From Sphyrna mokarran (Eukaryota), in assembly GCA_024679065.1 (NCBI GenBank), contig JAGIQG010000009.1, positions 107,570,001-107,634,000 on the forward strand: a DNA stretch of 64,000 nt. The letters run 5' to 3'. The position numbers and the translations under genes were made by a program. Shown one piece after another: positions 51,801 to 59,265 of this stretch (its first letter is position 1; each line of letters opens with the position of its first letter). The notes beneath the pieces are model-generated. The model was not told where the DNA came from and did not search any database. It was given only the letters and a program-made list of their open reading frames with translations.

Positions 51801-54800
51801 TAGACACGGGGGCTGAAACCATTGCATGGTGTTGTGACTGTGCTTTATACCTGGCCCAGAATTCCCCTCCACTATTGTAGAAGCATAGTGAACCCGGACA
51901 GAGTGAAACCCCAAGGGCTGCATCCGATCCCGTCAGCATTCAATTTGTGTGGGCAAAACACAGAGTGGGGGACTTCCAATCTGCGGGTGGATTAATTATC
52001 CCTAGTTCCCATTTACCTGTCTATTTGTAAGGAATGTGAAGCTACAGGTGCAACACAAACTCACCATTTACTGTGACATTTGTTCCTTCTCCGGTCCCGT
52101 TTCCGCCGATCACAAGCTCCACATCACAGTAATACTTCCCTGTGTCGTTCAGGTTCACATTGGTTATCGATATGGATGCGGTTCTGAATTCGTAGAATGA
52201 AGATGCATGAGAATTCTGAACACGTCCGATATATTCTGTGCAGTTGTTGCAGACTTTACGGGTTCGGGAATCTTTATACCAAGTGACTGAACCAACGGCT
52301 CCGTTTCTTGAATCGGTTGCATTCTCACTGAAGTTACAATACAGATGGAAGGTGCCGCCTTCTTTTACGCTAATAGAGTTCGGTGTTTGCTTGACTGTGA
52401 CTCTAGAGTCAGTAGCTCCTGTAAACATAAATTTATATCTTCATTAACATCCAGGCCACTTCACATTGTTGGTTTTGAGTTACAGAAACATTGGGCTCTG
52501 AAATGGTTATCACAGCTAACAGCAACAAGCAGTTCAGTTACACAACTGGTCATTTTAATGCTTCAGTTTTCTGAAGAAGGGTCATTGATTTATGACATGG
52601 TGACACAGTGGCCTCACACTGCTAGGCACCCGGGTTCTATTCCCGGCTTGGGTCACAGTCTGTGCGGAGACCGCACCTTCTCCCTGCCCCTGCGTGGGTT
52701 TCCTCAGTGTGCTCCGGTTTCCTCCCACAATCTGGAAAGATGTGCTGGTTAGGGTGCATTGGCAATTTTGAATTACTTCATTGCAGTGTTAATTTAAGAC
52801 TACTTTGAAACTAATAAGTAAAATTAACACTTAAGGTTAAAAGATCCTGGCCGCCATTCTTTGGCCGTTCACACTTTCGGGATTCTCCGGCCGATTTCTT
52901 TCTGGCATAGGTGACATCAATGAGATATATTTTTCATTCGTTCATAGGACATAGTCATGGCTGGCTGGGTCCACATTTATTATCCATCCCAAGTAGCCCG
53001 AGGGTAGTTGAGAGTCAACTGCACTGCACTGCTATGCTCTGAAATCCCACGAAGGGCAGACCAGGTAAGAACCGGCAGATTTGCTTTTTGTTTTGTGGTG
53101 TTTTTTTGTGTGGTGGTTTTGGTGTGGTTTTTTGGTTTTTGTTTGGTTTTGTGGTTTGAATTTGGAATTCGGACCAGGGTCCCCACATTAGCTGAGTTTC
53201 TGGATTCATAGCCTAGAGAAAATACCGATAGGCCATCGCTTCCCAATTGATAGCGGTGGCACCAGTGAATCCCGCCGCTGGCAAAAAAAGCGCCACTACC
53301 CGCCTGCCAGAATCACATGGCTTGGAGGGCGGACAATCTCTCTCCTGTCTCCCTGTTTCTCGCCAACCTTTGCCCGACCTGAGTGTACACTGGGTACTCC
53401 CTGAATTCCGATTAATATATATTTTCCAGCTTTATTTCTGTTATGCAGTCTGTTGTTTGAGACTTTTCTTTCTACCGCTCAAACTAATCCACAAATAAAG
53501 AGGGGCAATGAGACTGAAGCTGGCCTTCCTTTAATGGGAATTGACTTTAGTCAGTTTTAACTGGGCTGTCGGCAGGTGCTGCAGAACAACTGAAGCCTAT
53601 ACTTGCAAATATTTCATTGGCTCCACTATATTGCCGAAAGCAAATCAGAAGGGTGAATATTACGCTTTATTGCAAATGTTATCTTACACTAGCTGGGAGT
53701 GTTAAATAACAAACTAGGCGCGTATAAAACAAACTTAAATTATAATTCAAATTGTAGGAAAATCTGTTCTTTTTGAGCAAGCGGTCAAGCGAACTCCAGG
53801 TTTTCACTCCAGCCAGCGAGTCGAAAATGTTAGGTCTTAGTGATTACCTGTCTTTTTTTTAAAGGCAGGCTCATCTTATGCATATAAAGACAAATTGTAA
53901 TGTCCATACAATCACAAAGATAGAAACAGGATCAATAATTCTTATCATTCTCTACCTTTGCTTGCTAGACTGTAACTCTAGAGTCGGTAACTCCGGTAAA
54001 CATGCAATAGTCGCGCCACGCTACATTGTTGCTCCGAGCTTTACATGCAAGGAAGAGTTGCAGCTCCTTCTCTGCACAATCGTCAAAGGGCGACAAGGAA
54101 TAAGAAACCTGTGACATTGCATGAATAAATAACCTTGATTCACAGGGCACAATTTTCTAAAGTTGTGGAGCATAAAAAAATTGAAAGCATTGTGAGGATA
54201 GCGGTGGAGTTCCAAATGGCATATGGACAGTTTGCTGGAACCGGAGGTTAAATGGCAGATTTAATTTAACGCAGAGAATTGTGAAGTGATTCGTTTTGGT
54301 AGGAAAAAAACACGAAGAGACAGGAGAAAAATAAAGGGTCCAAGTCTGTAGGAAAAGAGCCACCCCGATGTGTATGGAGAGGAGGTGGCTGTTAATGAAA
54401 TATACAGCATTTATTAATGGGGCACAGAGGTTATGTAAAATAATATTTTGGTCATCGCATAGGAACGTAGAAAATAGGGGCAGGAGTGTGCACTATAGCC
54501 TTTCCAGCCTTTCATTATATTAATTGCTGATCATCCAACTCAGTGCCCTATTCCCGCCTCTCTTCTACATTTAGCCTTAAGAGCTACATCTAATTCCTTT
54601 TTGGAAATATTAATGTTTTGCATTAAACTGCCTTCTGCGCTAACGAAGTCCACGGGATCACCAGCCTCTGAATGAAGAACTTTCCCCTCATCGCACCCTT
54701 AAACTGTTTACCGTGTATCCCTTAGGCTGTGACCCCTGGTTCTGGATACCACATTATCGGGAATATCCCTTCCTGCATTTACCCTGTTAGAATATTATCG

Positions 54801-55602
54801 GTATTTATAAGATCACCCCACATTTTTCTAATATCCATCTAAACTCTTCTGTGATCCGAATCTCACCCCACACGCCATTCTGGCATCCCAAAAATGATTT
54901 GGATAGATTGAAGAAATTACGAAAAAGATTCACGAGAATGGTTCCACGGATGAAGGGTTTCAGCTACTTGCCCGCAATTCCTATGTGTGTGCGTGTGTGT
55001 CTATGTCTGTCTGTGAGCATGCATGTGTGTGTGTTTATGTGTATGTCTGTGTGTGTGTATATGTGCGTTTCAGTGTATGTGCCCATATGAGTGTATATGT
55101 GTTTGAGTGTATGGATGNNNNNNNNNNNNNNNNNNNNNNNNNNNNNNNNNNNNNNNNNNNNNNNNNNNNNNNNNNNNNNNNNNNNNNNNNNNNNNNNNNN
55201 NNNNNNNNNNNNNNNNNNNNNNNNNNNNNNNNNNNNNNNNNNNNNNNCGTGCATGCATACCTGTGCTTGCGGATGTGTGTGCGTGTGTGCAATATGTTTA
55301 TGCATATACATTTATATATCTATATGAAATACGTATCTGAATAATACAGATGATATATTTACTGATGTTTGTATCGATGTCTCTGCGTGAAATATTTAAA
55401 TGTTTGTTTCTAATATAAGTTGATGTATAATATACGTATATATGGCTGCATAAATCTCGATAACAAGTACCTGTGTGGATGTGTAACAGTGTCTGTGCGT
55501 GTGTGCATACATATGTTTATTCATAGACACATGAGAGAGCCCGGGCGCAGATTACTTACCAGAGAGCAACAGATACGACCAAACGATTCTATTGCATAGC
55601 AT
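36580..55602 (-). CDS. NCR3-like: Gene C: NKp30/NCR3-like single-IgV inhibitory-type receptor with 2 ITIM + 2 ITSM; coding exons 55560-55602, 52065-52418, 49136-49273, 42375-42406, 36580-36834; 273 aa
   Basis: All five exons are GT-AG with compatible intron phases (1,1,1,0), giving 822 nt in frame. The V domain closely resembles human NKp30 as recalled (AVGSVTWYKD vs AIGSVTWFRD; GNGTGEGTNVTV vs GVGTGNGTRLVV). Confidence 0.82.
36846..37322 (-). mobile_element. CR1 3' fragment abutting the gene C terminal-exon acceptor
   Basis: ORF 37028-37276 (LGLFSLERRRLR); the tail is cctgttcctgtgctgttcttctcattgttctt. Confidence 0.85.
38708..38830 (+). pseudogene. 5S rRNA pseudogene (full length, diverged)
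   Basis: GTCTATAGCCATACCAGTCTGAA...AAGCTAAGCAG...GTTAGTACTTGGATGGGTGAC...TGGGAATACC...GCTTTT aligns end to end with vertebrate 5S rRNA, with many substitutions. Confidence 0.85.
39877..42066 (+). mobile_element. CR1 LINE, 5'-truncated and young (open 566-aa ORF2 segment with RT), including 3'UTR and tail
   Basis: ORF 39894-41594 has KAPGPDGI, NYRPVSLTS, QHGF, YMDFSKAFDKV, SGVPQGSVLGP and KFADDTK. The 3' tail is gggccgaagggcctgtt...ctttgacttctttgact. Confidence 0.95.
42375..42406 (-). CDS. Gene C 32-nt cytoplasmic mini-exon
   Basis: cactttatag|GT AAA AGA AAT GGA GCC CAA ACA GTA AAA GAG|gtatgt. Phase 1->0 is exactly what is needed to join the TM exon to the ITIM exon. Confidence 0.65.
43345..44025 (+). 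mobile_element. Penelope-like element with inverted pseudo-LTR segment and hammerhead-like core
   Basis: 43345-43497 is an inverted copy of ~43644-43797. CTGACGA...GAAA core at 43895-43919. Confidence 0.8.
44040..45745 (-). mobile_element. CR1 LINE internal fragment (endonuclease to RT, degraded)
   Basis: ORF fragments IKENPKAIYTYVRNKR, KSSGPDGIYPR and HGFVKDKSCLTNL. Confidence 0.88.
45719..45818. repeat. Four copies of a ~26-bp tandem unit at a CR1 5' junction
   Basis: gttcacctaccttattcc...tgct(a) repeated four times. Confidence 0.8.
45940..46405 (+). mobile_element. CR1 LINE 3' end
   Basis: RRNFFSQRVVNLWN motif and ggtcttat tail. Confidence 0.8.
46430..47150 (+). mobile_element. Old degraded CR1 RT fragment
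   Basis: Remnants such as aaattgcccgatgacc (KFADD-like) and ttgttagactgcacttagaa (LVRPHLE-like). Confidence 0.6.
47162..48145 (-). mobile_element. CR1 LINE 3' fragment
   Basis: KFADDTK and LVRPQLEYCVQFWS motifs, with a (cttatgtt)n tail. Confidence 0.9.
49136..49273 (-). CDS. Gene C stalk/TM exon
   Basis: ttttctttctaaag|GT CAT ... CCA G|gtaatt. Encodes HVDSDVTTPPSQWNIYLLIFSVLVFVVLAVILTKIIYIWQCSGPP, phase 1-1. Confidence 0.85.
52065..52418 (-). CDS. NCR3-like: Gene C VJ-type IgV exon
   Basis: Boundaries atgtttacag| and AAT G|gtgagt. Encodes VTVKQTPNSISVKEGGTFHLYC..GSVTWYKD..YIGRV..ASSFYEFRTASISI..DTGKYYCDVELVIGGNGTGEGTNVTVN. Confidence 0.95.
53959..54003 (-). pseudogene. Short dead duplicate of the start of the gene C V exon
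   Basis: atgtttacCG GAGTTACCGACTCTAGAGTTACAGTCTAG compared with the real exon start atgtttacAG GAGCTACTGACTCTAGAGTCACAGTCAAG. Confidence 0.7.
54982..55330. repeat. (TG)n-rich repeat containing an assembly gap (N at 55118-55247)
   Basis: 130 N flanked by TG repeats, inside the leader-V intron of gene C. Confidence 0.95.
55560..55602 (-). CDS. Gene C leader exon
   Basis: gccATG CTA TGC ... CTC TCT G|gtaagt (MLCNRIVWSYLLLS), phase 1. The acceptor tttgttcacag lies 13 nt upstream of the ATG. Confidence 0.85.
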
Positions 55603-55720
55603 GGCTTCGCGTTGCCTGTGAACAAATGAGTAGTATTTCTTTTATAACATTTTTCATAGCAATTCATTCAACATCGGGAACAAAATAGGTGAAGAAATTA
55701 AATTTAGTGCATTTGGTTTT

Positions 55721-55790
55721 TTTTATAGCCGGAAGTCGCTACAGTGTAACAATGGAGACTAACTGGCAGGAATTCTAACTGATTTCCTGT
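55721..55790 (-). promoter_or_regulatory. TATA/ETS cluster upstream of the gene C leader exon
   Basis: TATAAAA on the minus strand at 55721-55727, CCGGAAGT at 55729-55736, and ACAGGAAAT near 55782-55790. Confidence 0.35.
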
Positions 55791-56284
55791 TTGAAATCAA
55801 TTGAGAATCTGTTCTTATTTATTAAGCATCAAACACACTAGAAAATGTAACGTCCAGTTATAACCCGTGTGGAAATCAACCACGGCCTAGGCTTCAGAAA
55901 TTAACCCTTCGTTACATCTTGAGACGACGGACGGATTATTTAAAATTTTCCTTGATATAGAGAACAAAACGATAAAGAATAATGAGAAACTCGACTTCAT
56001 ATCCTCCCTCTGGACTATTAGACTTGGCAAAGAGCTTTCAGTACACTGAACTATTTTGGAAATCACTTCAAACCGATTTGTTAAAGTTTAGTCGGATATC
56101 TTTGCACGAGACAAGCAGATGGAGACATCCACGGTCATATTGCTGCGCGCATCAGTTACATTGTAGAACCATCACCTTCTGCAATCAACCTCTGCCTGAT
56201 ATCAATGTTAGGGTATTGATCAGTCAATGATACACTTGTGGTAAGCAATATGCCACTTCCGTCATCTCCGGTTACTATTATTAT

Positions 56285-56725
56285 AGAACATTACAGCACA
56301 GAACAGGCCCTTCGGCCTTCGATGTTGCGCCGACCAATATAAAAAGCAATGCCCCTCCAAACTAAACCATTCTCTTCTCTTCCATATACTTATCAACTAA
56401 CCTCTTAAACGCCACCAAACTTGGCGCATCTACAACCGCTGCAGGCAGGGCATTCCACTCCCGAACCACCCTTTGGGTAAAGAACCTACCTCTGATATCC
56501 GTCCTATAACTATCACCCCTTAATTTAAAGCTGTGTCCCCTCGTGCTAGCTTTTTCCATCCTAGGAAAAAGGCTATCACTGTCCACCCTATCTAAACCTC
56601 TAATCATCTTATATGTTTCGATCAGGTCCCCTCTTAGCCTCCTCCTTTCTAACGAAAACAACCTCAAATCCCTCAGCCTCTCCTCATAAGACATGCCCTC
56701 CATACCAGGCAACATCCTGGTATGG
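56285..56725 (-). mobile_element. Young CR1 3' fragment with 9-bp TSD
   Basis: ORF 56362-56715 (LFSLERRRLRGDLIETYK), with TATTATTAT at 56276-56284 and 56726-56734. Confidence 0.9.
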
Positions 56726-56893
56726 TATTATTATCGTATGGGAAATGAGCTAGGCCTTGGATCATCAGTCATTAGTAGACATATTTCTGTCAGAGGTCAT
56801 GATTGGGGTGATGGCTGTTGAGTGCGATGATCGCAGTCCATTCAGGCGGGATTTCCTGGCGCGGCTGCAACAGCGATGTTTCAATATAGTCAC

Positions 56894-56907
56894 CCACTAG
56901 GGGGCAG
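56894..56907 (+). promoter_or_regulatory. CTCF-like motif
   Basis: CCACTAGGGGGCAG is close to the CTCF core consensus. Confidence 0.45.
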
Positions 56908-58794
56908 GGCGCGGTACAATGTCCCTTCTAGAAACATCAACTGCCGCACTCAAAAGAAGTGGTTAGAGATCTCAAAGACATTCAGTGTGAGGGTGATCAG
57001 TGACTGTCAAGGTGGAACAGGTGAGTGAACGGATGAGCGGTTGGGTGAGCAGTTGGCTGAGCGACTGAGTGGTTGTGTGAGTGAGTGTGTGAGTGATTGA
57101 CTGTGTGAGTAGTTGTATAAATGGGTAGATGACTGTGCGAACGGCTGCGTGTGTGGGTTAGTGAGTGGGTCTGTATTAGGTAATTGGGGTTGGGATTAGG
57201 TCCGAGGATGAATGGGGAGAGGGGTCGGAAGACTGATCGGGGAATGGGAAGATATGTCGGTTGCTTGGGGGAGGGAAAATCAGGATAGGGTAGTCGGGGA
57301 TGGGGAGAGTGTCCTGTAGTGGGGGTGGTAGGTGGGGAGAGTTGCAATGGTCCGATCACTAGATTGTCTGGAGGGCAGTCGATCAGGTTGGGTTGATTGA
57401 TGCGTCATATTGGCGGCTGAGGCACTTAGATCCATAGGATTTAGGGTAAGATGTCAGGATGGTCAAGGTCAGCTAAATTGGGGTGGCAGTGCACTATTAA
57501 TCCCTGGGTAAAGCCAGTGATTGAACAGCGCACCTTTTCTATGGTTACAAATCGGAATATGCGATGCCAGTCACTCACACTGAGTAAGTGACTCTGCGTA
57601 AAAGACATTTGCAGAAAATCCCGGGCAGCACAGTTCAGCTATTCAGACATTTGCATTGCTCCGGCAATTCCATTGCAAGTACATAAGTTAATATGCTAAA
57701 GTGTAACAACACGAAGGAAAGATGTTTACTACAGAAGTAATACCCAGATAGCTTGAGAAAAGTCATGTTCAACAAACTACAGATTGAAAAGTGATCAGCC
57801 AAGATGATGGCGTGGTTTTATTTCAGTGAGATGTTTATTTTCACAAAATATCAGCATTCGGTACATTTTAGAAGACGTTGGTTGATTTCTTCGTGATGCA
57901 GCGTGGCTTGTTCAGTTGGCAAAAGGTTTTGTGCGGCAGAAGGTAATTGATTTCAGAATTGTGGAGCTGTTTAACATAGGCCAGAGATAGTTGCTGAGTG
58001 GAATCTCCTCTCATGATCTGATTGAATTGAACGTCACGACGACCTGCCGTTTCACGGTAATACTGGCTGACCACCAGTGGTCAGGTCCTTGTACTATTTG
58101 CGCAACTCTCATTTTCTTTTCATTCATTTGTGGGACATTGGTTTCGCTGGCTGGTCAGCATTTATTATCTATCCCTAGTTAGACTTGGAGAGTAGTTGAG
58201 ATTCAACAACATTGCTGAAGCTATGGAGTCACGTGTAGACCAGACCAGGTAAGGATGTTAATGTTCCTAAAGGGCATTAGTAACTCAGATATTTCATTTC
58301 TCACAATGGACAATGATTCCATTCTCATCGGCAGATACTTAATTCCAGATACCATTTTCTATTGCATTCAAATTCCACAATTTTCTGCGGTGGGATTCGA
58401 ACCCTGGTCCCCAGGACATTAGCTGAGTTGCTGGCTTAATAGTCTGATGATAATAACACAAAGCCATCACCTCCCATCATATGACTCATGTTCATGGGCA
58501 GAACTAAGAAAATATGACAAAAACATCTATAGCTTTCCCTCACTTATGGCAGCACTGTTATTCCTGTCTGGTAATTGTTACCAATTGTCTACAATTGAAT
58601 AGATATGGAAGGACAAGCAAGCAATAGCTGCACTTCCGTGCCTCCTGACTCATCCTGACCCATGAGGCCAAAGATCAGCAAGTTCAGGCACATGAGGATG
58701 CATGGTGGAAACACGCTTCTCTGAGTAACTACCAAGGTCAAATTGAAAGAAAGCCAATGACAAAGCCAGAAGGTAAGAAGTTTCACAGCAGCGG

Positions 58795-59265
58795 ATTAAA
58801 GTACAACAGGTTTATCTGGAAACACGAGCTTTCGAAGGGTTGCCCCTTCATCAGGTGAATGGAGAGGTGGGTTCACAAACACAGCATATATAGACAGAGA
58901 CAGAGTTGCAAGATAATGGTTGGAATGCGAGTCTTTACAGGTAATCAAGTCTTTACAGGTACAGACAATGCGTATGGAGAAAGGGATAATCACAGGTTAG
59001 AGAGATGTGATTTGTGTTCAAGACAGGACAGTTAATAGGATTTTACAAACCCAGGCCGAATGATGGGATTACAGGTACTGTAACATGAACCCAAGATCCC
59101 TGTTGAGGCCGTCCTCATGCGTGTGTAACTTGGCCATCAGTTTCTGTTAGGTTATTCTGTATTGTCCTGGGTCTTCAAGGCCGCCTTGGAGAACGCTTAC
59201 CTGAAGATTGGACAGAGTTTTACTGTGTCCACTCCAATACAACTCCGGCATCTCCACATTATGTC
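58795..59265 (-). mobile_element. Penelope-like element 3' region (same family as the 43.5-kb copy)
   Basis: Shares gacggcctcaacagggatcttgggttcatgt, the hammerhead core, and ataaacctgttg. Confidence 0.8.
58823..58857 (-). ncRNA. Minimal hammerhead ribozyme motif in the Penelope pseudo-LTR
   Basis: CAC-CUGAUGA-AGGGGCAACCCUUC-GAAA-GCUC-GUG. Confidence 0.55.

Noticed and set aside
13181-52418. Interpreting the V exons as rearranging TCR or Ig V segments
   Set aside because: Each V exon already contains the J-like GxGT strand and ends in a splice donor. There is no flanking recombination signal and no C-domain exon, and the TM exon follows directly.
13181-52418. CD28, CTLA4 or ICOS identity
   Set aside because: No MYPPPY/FDPPPF-type motif in the FG loop and no YxxM in the main tails.
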